Of a stretch of DNA of 64,000 bases, positions 25,836 to 35,578 are shown one piece after another. Each line of letters begins with the position of its first letter. Position 1 is the stretch's first letter. This DNA is from Marinobacter sp. (GTDB lineage: Bacteria > Pseudomonadota > Gammaproteobacteria > Pseudomonadales > Oleiphilaceae), in contig NZ_JBLXHQ010000005.1 in the NCBI RefSeq assembly GCF_048259445.1, forward strand, positions 84,933 to 148,932. The letters run 5' to 3'. A program made the translations under genes and the position numbers. Under the pieces are notes generated by a model that saw only the letters and a list, made by a program, of their open reading frames with translations, was not told the DNA's origin and did not search any database.

Positions 25836-27260
25836 GTGAAAACATCCCTTCACACCACCTTCAAACTCACCATCGCAAGCGTGTTTGCGCTAGCCATGCT
25901 GCCGGCCGGGGCTGCTAGCGCTGCTGAACCCGCTGTAACGCCAGCCGAAGCCCGCGCCATCGCCAAGGACGCATACGTCTACGGTTTCCCGATCGTCGAC
26001 AACTACCGCGTCTCGTACGCTTACTACACCGACAAGAGCGACCCGAACTTCAAGGCACCCTGGAACCAGATTGCCAACATCGCGCGTGTCTTTACTCCGG
26101 ACGATACGGCCGTGCAGACGCCGAACTCCGACACACCCTATTCCTGGATTGGTATGGATCTGCGTGCCGAGCCGATCGTGCTGACCGTGCCGGCGATGGA
26201 AAAGGAACGCTATTTCAGCGTCCAGTTGACCGACGCCTATACCCAAAACTTCGACTACATCAGCAGCGGAGCAACAGGGAACGATGGCGGTGTGTTTGTC
26301 GTGGCCGGCCCGAACTGGAAAGGCGAGAAGCCCGAAGGAGTGGACAAGGTCTTCCACTCCGAAACAGAACTGGGTGTAGCGGTCTATCGGACGCAGTTGT
26401 TCAATCCGGGCGATATCGACAACGTGAAGAAGATACAGGCGGGCTACAAGGTCGAGACGCTGTCATCATTTCTGGGGCAACCGGCCCCAGCTGCGTTACC
26501 GGCTATTGATTTTCTCAAGCCTCTGACGCCTGAGGCACAGAAAACGTCGCTGGAGTTCTTCAAAATTCTCAACTTTGCTCTGGGTTATGCGCCGACTGTT
26601 CCATCCGAAGTCGAATTGATGGAACGATTTTCCAAGATTGGCGTCGGCCCCGGACAGACATTCGATGTGGCGTCCCTGTCGCCCGGGATGAAAACCGCAA
26701 TCGAGAACGGCATGGCAGACGCTTGGGCCGAATTTGGCCAGTTCCGAAAGGAAAAAGTCGACACCGGCGAAGCGACATCCGGAGATTTTTTCGGAACCCG
26801 CGAATTTCTGAAGAACAACTATCTCTACCGCATGGCCGGTGCTGCTCTTGGCATCTACGGCAACTCGAAGCAGGAAGCGATGTATCCGGTTCTTGCGGTT
26901 GATTCCAAAGGGGAAAAATTGAACGGTTCGAACCGTTACACCCTGCATTTCCCGGCGGGCGATCTTCCCCCGGTGAATGCGTTCTGGTCAACAACCATGT
27001 ACGAATTGCCAGCAAGCCTACTCGTCGCCAATCCGATCGACCGTTATCTCTTGAATTCAACGATGATGCCGCAATTCGTCCAGGACGCCGACGGTGGCAT
27101 CACCCTCTACTTCCAGAACGAGAATCCCGGTAAAGACAAAGAAGCGAACTGGTTGCCGGCTCCCAAAGGTCCATTCTGGGTCATCATGCGGCTCTACTGG
27201 CCGAAGGAATCTGCACTGGATGGTTCGTGGGTCCCGCCAATGCTGGTCAGAGCGGAGTGA
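25836..27260 (+). CDS. DUF1254/DUF1214 domain protein (secreted), paralogue 1
   Basis: GTG start with an AGGAG SD, a signal peptide, and YVYGFPIVDNYR...NFWSTTMYE...NWLPAP...RLYWP. Confidence 0.6.
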   Translation: MKTSLHTTFKLTIASVFALAMLPAGAASAAEPAVTPAEARAIAKDAYVYGFPIVDNYRVSYAYYTDKSDPNFKAPWNQIANIARVFTPDDTAVQTPNSDTPYSWIGMDLRAEPIVLTVPAMEKERYFSVQLTDAYTQNFDYISSGATGNDGGVFVVAGPNWKGEKPEGVDKVFHSETELGVAVYRTQLFNPGDIDNVKKIQAGYKVETLSSFLGQPAPAALPAIDFLKPLTPEAQKTSLEFFKILNFALGYAPTVPSEVELMERFSKIGVGPGQTFDVASLSPGMKTAIENGMADAWAEFGQFRKEKVDTGEATSGDFFGTREFLKNNYLYRMAGAALGIYGNSKQEAMYPVLAVDSKGEKLNGSNRYTLHFPAGDLPPVNAFWSTTMYELPASLLVANPIDRYLLNSTMMPQFVQDADGGITLYFQNENPGKDKEANWLPAPKGPFWVIMRLYWPKESALDGSWVPPMLVRAE

Positions 27261-27293
27261 AACGGATCGGGTAATGCGCCCCGTGCATTTCGC

Positions 27294-27322
27294 CTGCGCA
27301 GATTGAGCACCAATCTGCGCAG
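27294..27322. terminator. 12-bp perfect hairpin between convergent genes
   Basis: CTGCGCAGATTG-agcac-CAATCTGCGCAG, followed by TGTTT. Confidence 0.45.
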
Positions 27323-27356
27323 TGTTTAAACACCAACAAGGACTTCTATCAGTTGA

Positions 27357-27734
27357 TTACTGCCTTTCCGGTATCCGGTCGGCTTGTGGGTGCTGGTGCA
27401 AGGTAGCAGATGGTGATTCGCCAAGCAGGCGCTTGTAGTCGAGCGAAAATTGCCCCATGTGGGCGAAGCCACATTCACGCGCGATGCTCGCAACCGTGGT
27501 GGTAGAGGGGTCGGCATGCTGCAACAGCCTACGGGCTTTCCTCAAACGTTCCCGTTTTACGAAAGCCATGGGTGTAATACCGTAGGTGTGCAAAAAAAGA
27601 TAACCGAGCGTTCGCTTGCTAACACCAGACACTTCAGAAAGGTGGCCGAGTTGAATTCTTTCTTTCATGTGTTGCGCAATGAAGGCGAGCGCTTCCTCGA
27701 GCCCCCTGTGATTATTCGATCTCTTACATTGCAT
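27357..27734 (-). CDS. AraC-family HTH domain protein (125 aa, no sensor domain)
   Basis: LGHLSEVSGVSKRTLGYLFLHTYGITPMAFVKRERLRKARRLL...VASIARECGFAHMGQFSLDYKRLLGESP forms a double HTH. Confidence 0.6.
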   Translation of the reverse strand: MQCKRSNNHRGLEEALAFIAQHMKERIQLGHLSEVSGVSKRTLGYLFLHTYGITPMAFVKRERLRKARRLLQHADPSTTTVASIARECGFAHMGQFSLDYKRLLGESPSATLHQHPQADRIPERQ

Positions 27735-27871
27735 GGACTTATTAATGAGACCACTCCTGGATGCCAGGTTGCGTAAGAGTTGATTCTAGTGCGGTGAGTA
27801 ATAGCTTCGCTATCGCGAATCCGCACGGGTATCGATTGGCGAGAAGGAACTGGCAAGCAGGCTTACTGTAA

Positions 27872-28834
27872 CTATGTGGTCGCTCGCACAAGCGTGTCGC
27901 TTGGGCATTCACCGAATGCATTCTTGTATTGGGTGGTAAACAAACTCATGTGGTTGAAGCCGAGCCCGAAGGCCTCATTGGTGACAGTTGTTCGGCCTCC
28001 TGACGCCTTGAGGTTCTTGCGCACCTGGTGCAGCCGCATCAGGCGAAAGTAGCGTGAAGGGCTTGTTCCGAAGGCCTCTGCGAAGGCATATTCCAGGTAT
28101 CGGCGGCTGGCGTGCATGGCGACACACAATTCGTCGATACTGACTGGTTCTGTGATCCTCTCCCGCATATAACATTCGGCACGCTTCGCGATAATGAAAT
28201 GCCCCCTGGCCTGAGACATGACTTTCGCTGGAGCAATGTCGATAGAGCTCAGGGCGGCGCCCAGCGCATTGCGGAGATCGGTAACCAACCAATCGGCTGC
28301 CAGAGTATCCAGCGGAATTTCAGCGGGCTGTACAATGTTTTCGATGGCTTGCCACAGGTCTTTTAACCTTTCCGGATCGGGCCTGATGGATGTACAGGGG
28401 ACGATCTGTGTCAGGTTCGTGCGCGAAGTGGTTCGTTCGATTGACTCGATCCACTCGGGGAGCACGACCAGAGAGACCCATCCATAGATTGTCGAAGCGT
28501 AACCGCTGATTTCCTGACCAGGCTGGCAGAACAGTAATTTCGAATCGTCAACGGGATTGCCACTCCAGTTTGCCTGAGCACCTTTGGTGAAAGCTCCAAT
28601 GCTGAATCGACTCGGATCGAGCTCACCCATCACACGAATAGGCAGGTTGATGGTACCGAGATCGATTGAAAGGTCACCCAGTGAAATCTGCTCAAGCGCA
28701 ATATCGAGATTTCCGGGTTTTAGTTGGACGAACTCCAGGTTGGCACCGCTAACGGCATCATTAATCTCGTCCAGATCGTGATATCGAACTCGCGGTTGAT
28801 ATTGAATCCCCGAAAGACCACACACTTCACTCAT
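27872..28834 (-). CDS. AraC-family transcriptional regulator (full length)
   Basis: C-terminal IDELCVAMHASRRYLEYAFAEAFGTSPSRYFRLMRLHQVRKNL...FGLGFNHMSLFTTQYKNAFGECP. The ATG at 28832-28834 has a GGGAG SD. Confidence 0.75.
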   Translation of the reverse strand: MSEVCGLSGIQYQPRVRYHDLDEINDAVSGANLEFVQLKPGNLDIALEQISLGDLSIDLGTINLPIRVMGELDPSRFSIGAFTKGAQANWSGNPVDDSKLLFCQPGQEISGYASTIYGWVSLVVLPEWIESIERTTSRTNLTQIVPCTSIRPDPERLKDLWQAIENIVQPAEIPLDTLAADWLVTDLRNALGAALSSIDIAPAKVMSQARGHFIIAKRAECYMRERITEPVSIDELCVAMHASRRYLEYAFAEAFGTSPSRYFRLMRLHQVRKNLKASGGRTTVTNEAFGLGFNHMSLFTTQYKNAFGECPSDTLVRATT

Positions 28835-28961
28835 GAGACGCTCCCTGCGATTTTTTGATAGGCACCAAGAATCATAGGCCAAACATCACTTCACCGCTAG
28901 AAATCCATCAACAAGCATTCAGCCAAACGTCGCTTTCGAGACGACTGCCTGAACCCGGCTT

Positions 28962-29008
28962 CGTCTTGCGCATAATTGATAGCGCCATAGGAGCGAACGG
29001 GTAATGCT
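28962..29008 (+). promoter_or_regulatory. Conserved 47-nt box (copy 2) in the araC / DUF1254 divergent region
   Basis: GTCTTGCGCATAATTGATAGCGCCATAGGAGCGAACGGGTAATGCTA. Confidence 0.5.
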
Positions 29009-29057
29009 ATGAAATATGAAGCTCCCTTTTCGCCTGGAAAATAAAGGATAAAAAGCT

Positions 29058-30548
29058 ATGAAATGCAGAGCGACTGTGAAGTCGGTAAGAGAACTTACCT
29101 CAAAATTGTTGGTGATGATTGCCTTCATCGGTTTCGCAGCCGGTGCTCAGGCTGCCTCGAAGACCGAGAATAAACCGGAAACGATCGCCGAGAAGGCTTA
29201 TACCTATGGCCTCCAACAGGCAATTTTTTACGGCCAGCGATGGATCTATACCCAGAACGATGCAGCAAGCAATGATATCTACTCGGGGCTGAACCGGTTC
29301 TTCTGGGTTCGGAAGCAGATCACCCCGGATTTCCCCGTTGTGACACCGAACGCAACAACACTCTACGGGTCCGGCTTCCTGGATTTGCGTGACGGGCCGG
29401 TCGTTATTGAGGTCCCGGAAATCACCGACCGCTATTTCAGCGTTCAGATCATGGACCAGTATGGAATCTTCCGGATGATCGTTGGGTCGCCCTTTAATGG
29501 CACCAAGGCCCGCAGCTACATTCTGCTTCCACCGGACTTTTCGGGAACGGTGCCGGCTGACTTCCCGACAACAGACATCGTTCAATGGCCTGCGAAAACT
29601 GCCTACGGCGTCGTCCGTATGGCCGTTGAGACGGGGTCGGATGCCGAAATAAAGACCATTAATGCTTACCAGGACCAAATAACCATGACGCCTCTGGCGG
29701 ACTGGCTGTCGAATGGTCACAAAGGCGTGGCCCAGGCAGACCGAGCCATTGTGCCAGGCGATTTTGCCGTCCCTGCCGGATTGCCGGAGTATGCAGTGGG
29801 TCAAGTAGACAAGCAGACCGCAGAACAGTACTACACCCTGCTCAACGTTATCCTGAATGATCCGACCGTGCCGGTGATTGAAGATTCGCTCCTCGAAACC
29901 GAGATGCTTGCCCAGCTCAAGACAATCGGTATTGGTAAGGGGATGACATTCGATTGGTCAAAACTGTCGGCAGAGCAGAAAACAGCGCTTGAGACTGGAT
30001 TCAAAGCGGGTTTTGAGAGTGTGCGCAAAACGTTGAAAACAAACCTCATCAACATGAACGGCTGGGGCATCGTGCGCAATGATGGTGGTTTTGAAACCAG
30101 ATGGATGGACAGGGCCGTCATCGCCGATGCGGCCTGGGCGGCACCAGACAAGAACATTTCCCACGGCGGAGCCTTCCTGTTCACCGACGCGAGTGGCAAG
30201 CCACTGACCGGCGACAACAAATACACGCTGACCTTCGACATGAATGATCTGCCACCGGTGACCGAGTTCTGGTCGATCCCGATTTACGACGCCAACGGCT
30301 ATTTCGTTGCCAACGAGATCAACCGCTACACCGTGAACAGCTTCATGCTGGAGGCCGGCGACCTCGTGGCGAAAGACGGTAAGCTGGTGATCTACGTGCA
30401 GAACGAGAAACCCACGGATCCGGCTCAGGCAAAAAACTGGCTCCCGGCTCCGGCCAAAGGATTCAGGTTCACAGCGCGATTCTATGGGCCTTACGCCCCG
30501 CTGACGAACGGCACATACAACATGCCCAAAGTCGAGAAGACTCTTTAA
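29058..30548 (+). CDS. DUF1254/DUF1214 domain protein, paralogue 2
   Basis: Signal peptide, TYGLQQAIFYGQR, EFWSIPIYD, NWLPAP, RFYGP. Confidence 0.6.
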   Translation: MKCRATVKSVRELTSKLLVMIAFIGFAAGAQAASKTENKPETIAEKAYTYGLQQAIFYGQRWIYTQNDAASNDIYSGLNRFFWVRKQITPDFPVVTPNATTLYGSGFLDLRDGPVVIEVPEITDRYFSVQIMDQYGIFRMIVGSPFNGTKARSYILLPPDFSGTVPADFPTTDIVQWPAKTAYGVVRMAVETGSDAEIKTINAYQDQITMTPLADWLSNGHKGVAQADRAIVPGDFAVPAGLPEYAVGQVDKQTAEQYYTLLNVILNDPTVPVIEDSLLETEMLAQLKTIGIGKGMTFDWSKLSAEQKTALETGFKAGFESVRKTLKTNLINMNGWGIVRNDGGFETRWMDRAVIADAAWAAPDKNISHGGAFLFTDASGKPLTGDNKYTLTFDMNDLPPVTEFWSIPIYDANGYFVANEINRYTVNSFMLEAGDLVAKDGKLVIYVQNEKPTDPAQAKNWLPAPAKGFRFTARFYGPYAPLTNGTYNMPKVEKTL

Positions 30549-30575
30549 GCTCTCAATATTGACAAGGAAAGAACA

Positions 30576-32108
30576 ATGAAAAAGCCAGCGATCGCATCGG
30601 TTCTCGCAACCGCACTGATATTTAACGTCGGCACGGCACAGGCAGACAGCGCCAGGGAAATGGCAAAAACCAAAGCGGCGTCGATGCCTGACAAGGTACA
30701 GACGGTCGCTGGCGAACTAAAGTTCTTCGATGGCGTACCGATCGGCGACACCAATGATCTGGTCTACGACTATCTGAACCGTGCACGTGCGCTGGGTGTG
30801 TACCTGGATAATGTAGGTGCTGTATCCATCTACGCCGTACTGCTTGGCATGGCCCAGCAGGGGGCCGATGCGCCCAACAAGATTGCTCTCTGGGAGCAGT
30901 TAATGGATTCAAGAACACCGGTCATAACGTCGAACACATCGACGATGTATGCCTATGCCCCTACTGATCTCGCAAATGACGGACCAACTGTTATTGAGGT
31001 TCCACCTGGCATGCTTGGCTTTCTGAACGATGCCTGGCAGCGTTACGTCGGTGACATCGGCGCTGCCGGGCCCGACAAGGGCAAGGGTGGCAAGTACCTC
31101 GTACTGCCTCCTGGTTACACGGGCGAGATACCGGACGGCTACTATCTACTCAAGCCATCCACCAACAAGAACTTCCTGTTCCTGCGCGGCTCGATCAAAG
31201 ATGGCCTTAAAGCTGCAGCCGACAACTTCAAAGCCGGACTGAAAATTTATCCTTTGAAGAACAAGGACAACCCGGAACCGACGCAGTTCGTGAACATGTC
31301 CGGGCGCTCATTCAGCACCATCTTCCCGAGCACGCTGGAATACTATGAAATATTGAACACTATCGTTCAGGCAGAGCCGGTCGACGCTATCGGGCCGGAA
31401 GTGCGCGGTAATATGGCCGCCATCGGAATCGTCAAAGGCAAGCCGTTCAATCCTGATGAGCGGATGAAGAAACTGCTTACCGAGGCCGCAACGCTGGGCA
31501 ACGCGGCAGGGCGCTCCATTACCTATGATCCGCGGATCGATGGTGTGTATATCTATCCGGATTCCGATAGCAACTGGGTTATGGGATATGCAAACAAGAA
31601 TACGTCTTTCGAGGCAAACGGCGTGATGGACCTCGATGCGCGTGTTCTGTTCTATTACAACGCCGGGGGCGTAACGCCAGCGATGGCGCTTACCCGCGCA
31701 GGTGCAGGCTCTGATTACGCACTCGCCATGCTCGACAGCGATGACAAGCCGTTCGATGGCGCCAGGACCTACAAGTTGCATCTACCACCGAACGTTCCCG
31801 TGAACAACTTCTGGGCAGTCACCTTGTACGACACACAAACGCGTACCCAGTTACAAACCGGCCAGTTGTTCCCGACAGTGGGCAGCCAGGACAGCGGCAT
31901 CAAGAAGAACCCCGACGGATCGTACGACGTCTATTTTGCACCGAAAGTACCTGAAGGGCGCGAAGGCAACTGGCTGCAAACCGTTCCGGAAAAGAGCTGG
32001 TTTGCCATTCTGCGCATGTACGGACCAATGGAGCCCTGGATCAACAAGTCCTGGCGTCCCGGTGATATTGAGTTGGTAGAGAGCAACTCCAAAGGGGTAA
32101 CGAAATGA
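30576..32108 (+). CDS. DUF1254/DUF1214 domain protein, paralogue 3
   Basis: Signal peptide, GPDKGKGGKYLVLPPGY, NNFWAVTLYD, GNWLQT, LRMYGP. Confidence 0.6.
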   Translation: MKKPAIASVLATALIFNVGTAQADSAREMAKTKAASMPDKVQTVAGELKFFDGVPIGDTNDLVYDYLNRARALGVYLDNVGAVSIYAVLLGMAQQGADAPNKIALWEQLMDSRTPVITSNTSTMYAYAPTDLANDGPTVIEVPPGMLGFLNDAWQRYVGDIGAAGPDKGKGGKYLVLPPGYTGEIPDGYYLLKPSTNKNFLFLRGSIKDGLKAAADNFKAGLKIYPLKNKDNPEPTQFVNMSGRSFSTIFPSTLEYYEILNTIVQAEPVDAIGPEVRGNMAAIGIVKGKPFNPDERMKKLLTEAATLGNAAGRSITYDPRIDGVYIYPDSDSNWVMGYANKNTSFEANGVMDLDARVLFYYNAGGVTPAMALTRAGAGSDYALAMLDSDDKPFDGARTYKLHLPPNVPVNNFWAVTLYDTQTRTQLQTGQLFPTVGSQDSGIKKNPDGSYDVYFAPKVPEGREGNWLQTVPEKSWFAILRMYGPMEPWINKSWRPGDIELVESNSKGVTK

Positions 32109-33598
32109 TCACCCGAATTATCGCAACAACAATTGTTATGGCAGTCGCTAGCCTTCCTGCGTCAGCCGAGGTGTCGAAGGCTGAGCTGGAGTCCATCTCC
32201 ATTCCAGACACACTCGAGACGCCTATTGGCACGTTGGAATTCTTCGATGGCGTCCCCACCGACGCCACCATCGACAGAGTGTATGACAACCTTGATCGCA
32301 TGCGGGCAGTCGAGGCGTACCTCGACAATCAAGGTGCCGCTTCGCTGTTTGCAATGCGCAAAGGCAATGCAGCCATCGGCGCGACGTCAAACAAAGTCAG
32401 CATCACCGAGCAACTGCTCAAGCCGGAATCCCTGTACCTGACCGGTAATACCTCCACTTTGTATGCGTTGACCTATCTCGACCTGAAAGTCGACGGTGCG
32501 CTGGTGGTCGAATTGCCACCAGGCATGCTCGGCTTTCTGGACGACGCCTGGTTTCGCTATATCGAAAACATGGGGTTGCCCGGTCCGGACAAAGGAAAAG
32601 GCGGTAAGTATCTGCTCTTGCCTCCGGGCTACGACGGTGAGGTGCCTGAGGGTTATTTCGTCGTCAAGATGCCCACTTACCATAACCTGATGTTCTTGCG
32701 CGGCTCCATCGCCAAAGGTCTGGCGCCAGCTGTCAAAAATATCAAATCCCAACTCAAGATTTATCCCCTGTCCAAGGTCGACAATCCGCCTGCTACAGAG
32801 TTCGTCAATTTCTCCGGCACAAGCTACAACACGGTCGTGACCCGAGATCTGGGTTTTTATGAAGGTCTGAACCAGGTTGTGCAGGAAGAGCCGATCGATG
32901 CCATCGGGCCCGAGGTGCGCGGCACTCTGGCTGCCATCGGTATCGTCAAGGGCCAACCGTTCGAGCCCGATGCGCGCATGCAGAAGCTACTGGCTGAGGC
33001 CGCTGACATAGGCGCCGCCACCGCACGTGCCATCACCTACCAGCCTCGTATCGATGGGGTGGAAATCTATCCCGATACTCACAGCGCCTGGACCATGGGT
33101 TACGCGAACAAAAACACCTCGTTCACGGCTGATGGCGCCATGAACCCCGATGCACGGGTATTGTTCTATTTTAACGCCACCGGCGTCACTCCGGCCATGG
33201 CGATGACACGAGCGGGCGCTGGTTCCGATTACGGCATTGCCTATCTGGATGCCAACAAGAAGGCGTTTGACGGCTCCAAAAGCTACAAACTGCACCTGCC
33301 GCCAAACGTGCCGGTGAACAATTTCTGGGCCGTCACCATCTACGATACCCAGACACGTTCACTGCTGCAGACGTCTCAACCGTTCCCGACGCTCGGCAGT
33401 CAGGACAGTAGCTTTGAAAAGAATGCGGATGGTTCCTACGATCTCTATTTCGGGCCAAAGGCGCCAAAAGGAAAAGAAGGCAACTGGCTGCAGACCCTGC
33501 CAGGAAAAAGCTGGTTCGCGATCCTGCGGATGTACGGCCCACTTGAGCCCTGGATTAACAAGACCTGGCGTCCGAGCGAGATCGAGTTGGTTCAATAA
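32105..33598 (+). CDS. DUF1254/DUF1214 domain protein, paralogue 4 (close tandem copy of paralogue 3)
   Basis: GPDKGKGGKYLLLPPGY, NNFWAVTIYD, LRMYGP. ATGA overlap with paralogue 3. Confidence 0.6.
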   Translation: MITRIIATTIVMAVASLPASAEVSKAELESISIPDTLETPIGTLEFFDGVPTDATIDRVYDNLDRMRAVEAYLDNQGAASLFAMRKGNAAIGATSNKVSITEQLLKPESLYLTGNTSTLYALTYLDLKVDGALVVELPPGMLGFLDDAWFRYIENMGLPGPDKGKGGKYLLLPPGYDGEVPEGYFVVKMPTYHNLMFLRGSIAKGLAPAVKNIKSQLKIYPLSKVDNPPATEFVNFSGTSYNTVVTRDLGFYEGLNQVVQEEPIDAIGPEVRGTLAAIGIVKGQPFEPDARMQKLLAEAADIGAATARAITYQPRIDGVEIYPDTHSAWTMGYANKNTSFTADGAMNPDARVLFYFNATGVTPAMAMTRAGAGSDYGIAYLDANKKAFDGSKSYKLHLPPNVPVNNFWAVTIYDTQTRSLLQTSQPFPTLGSQDSSFEKNADGSYDLYFGPKAPKGKEGNWLQTLPGKSWFAILRMYGPLEPWINKTWRPSEIELVQ

Positions 33599-33686
33599 CA
33601 GCGCTGCTGTGGCGCCGGGTGTCACGCCTGCATAGGCATTGGTGGGGGCGTTGGATGCTTGCCCCCACCCAACATCTAGTGTGTAC

Positions 33687-34616
33687 ATGTCAATGACTAT
33701 GAAATCTCTCCTCCTTGTACTCGGAATGACAGCAGCCACGGTTGCAGGCTGCTTTGCTTTTAATACCGGCATAGACAGCGAGAAGCAGACCACCTCTTCG
33801 GTGCATGCCAAGGATGCTGAATACGTCATCGACGGGCAGCGCGTAAAGCTACATGATGGCGTCGCTGAGACGGCATCAGCTCCGGGCTCCGCATCGAAGA
33901 TCACCACTCGCTACTTCGGCAATGAAGTCACGACTGATCTGGATGGTGATGGCCGTGATGATATTGTTTTTCTACTCACTCAAGAATCAGGCGGCTCAGG
34001 CGTTTTCTTCTACGTCGTTGCTGCGCTTTATACTGCAGAAGGATATGTTGGCTCACACGCCTATCCGCTTGGCGATCGTATCGCGCCGCAGACGACTGAA
34101 CTCAGTCCCAATCCACGCCACCAGAATGTTATCGTCGTGAACTATGCTGATCGCGCGCCAGGCGAACCAATGTCAGCGCAGCCGTCGATGGGTAAAAGTG
34201 TTTTGCTTAAGCTTGATCCCGATACTCTTCAATTTGGGGTGGTGGAACGTGACTTTGAAGGCGAGGCCGATCCATCTCGAATGTCTCTTACCATGAAGGA
34301 ATGGATCTGGATTGCTGCACTTTACAGCGACGGGCGCCAGATCGAACCCCGCCAACCTGACATATTCACCCTCTCTTTTACTGAAGACGGACGTTTTTCA
34401 GCGACGACTGACTGTAATCAAATCAGTGGTGGTTATGAAGCTGTTGGCCAATCAATTTCGTTCGAGAAAATTGCCACGACCAGTATGTTTTGTGAAGGGT
34501 CACAGGAGGCCGAATTTATTGTGCTTCTTGGGGATATTCAGCTCTATCGTTTTACCTCCCGTGGCGAATTGATCTTCGATCTCAAGTTCGATAGCGGAAC
34601 TGCCGTGTTCCGGTAA
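33687..34616 (+). CDS. Lipoprotein with C-terminal META (HslJ-like) domain
   Basis: Lipobox VAGC. C-terminal FTLSFTEDGRFSATTDCNQISGGYEA...SFEKIATTSMFCEG. Confidence 0.55.
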   Translation: MSMTMKSLLLVLGMTAATVAGCFAFNTGIDSEKQTTSSVHAKDAEYVIDGQRVKLHDGVAETASAPGSASKITTRYFGNEVTTDLDGDGRDDIVFLLTQESGGSGVFFYVVAALYTAEGYVGSHAYPLGDRIAPQTTELSPNPRHQNVIVVNYADRAPGEPMSAQPSMGKSVLLKLDPDTLQFGVVERDFEGEADPSRMSLTMKEWIWIAALYSDGRQIEPRQPDIFTLSFTEDGRFSATTDCNQISGGYEAVGQSISFEKIATTSMFCEGSQEAEFIVLLGDIQLYRFTSRGELIFDLKFDSGTAVFR

Positions 34617-34783
34617 AACTTCGTTGATGTGTGCATCACTGATCGGACGATGACAACGAAAAATGCACGCGCTAATTCCCGCTGGCCCTGAACTACTGTC
34701 GCCTGTTGCTGTCATATTCTGCGAACTCTATATGACCGAGCAGAAACCTAACGGGCAGGCAGCCCTCACGGACCAGGAGTGAT

Positions 34784-35461
34784 TTGATGAATGCCATGAA
34801 GATTCTCCAGCAGTTGATGAGCCAGTCCGGCGGAGCCCGCACCGATAGTGGCGGCGGTGGAACCGGAGGCATTGACGTTAAAAGCCTTCTGGGCGGCGGC
34901 GCGCTCGGGCTGATGCTGGGCTCCAAAAGAGGCCGCAAAATGGGCGGCACAGCGCTCAAGTATGGCGCCGTAGCGGGCGTTGGCGCTCTGGCGTGGAAGG
35001 CCTACCAGAACTACCAGTCACAATCGCCTGCACAGGCCGGAACTCAAATGGCCAACAACACCCGGGAAGGCCAGCCGCTGGAACAACTCCAGGGCCGCGA
35101 GCAGGAGCAGCGGGGGCTGGAAATTCTCCAGGCTATGATCATGGCGGCCCGGGCCGACGGCCACATCGACAGCAACGAGCGCACCCTGCTTACCCAGAAA
35201 ATCGAAAGTCTGGGCCCGGACGATGAGCTCCACGCCTGGATTCAGTCCCAGTTTGATGCACCTCTGGATGCGCAGGCTCTAGCCAATCAATCAGATTCTC
35301 CGCAGGCAAGCCGAGAGATCTATGTAGTGAGCGCAGCAATGATTGATGAACAAAATCCTATGGAGCGCGCCTGGCTGGACCAACTCGCCAACGCCCTGAA
35401 GCTGGAAGCCCCACTCGCCGCCGAACTGGAACGGCAGGTACTGAACGCAAACCGTCAGTAA
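34784..35461 (+). CDS. TerB-family / DUF533 protein
   Basis: Gly-rich N-terminus, LKYGAVAGVGALAWKAYQNY, and then ILQAMIMAARADGHIDSNER (TerB-like). Confidence 0.55.
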   Translation: MMNAMKILQQLMSQSGGARTDSGGGGTGGIDVKSLLGGGALGLMLGSKRGRKMGGTALKYGAVAGVGALAWKAYQNYQSQSPAQAGTQMANNTREGQPLEQLQGREQEQRGLEILQAMIMAARADGHIDSNERTLLTQKIESLGPDDELHAWIQSQFDAPLDAQALANQSDSPQASREIYVVSAAMIDEQNPMERAWLDQLANALKLEAPLAAELERQVLNANRQ

Positions 35462-35578
35462 CGTTATTTTTGGCGGAATCGGCCAGATATATGTGAATTA
35501 TGACCGTCTGATTTTTTTGTCGTTTATGCCACACTTGGGATTCAAATAACGACAATATTCACGACAGAGTCTTTTTCT

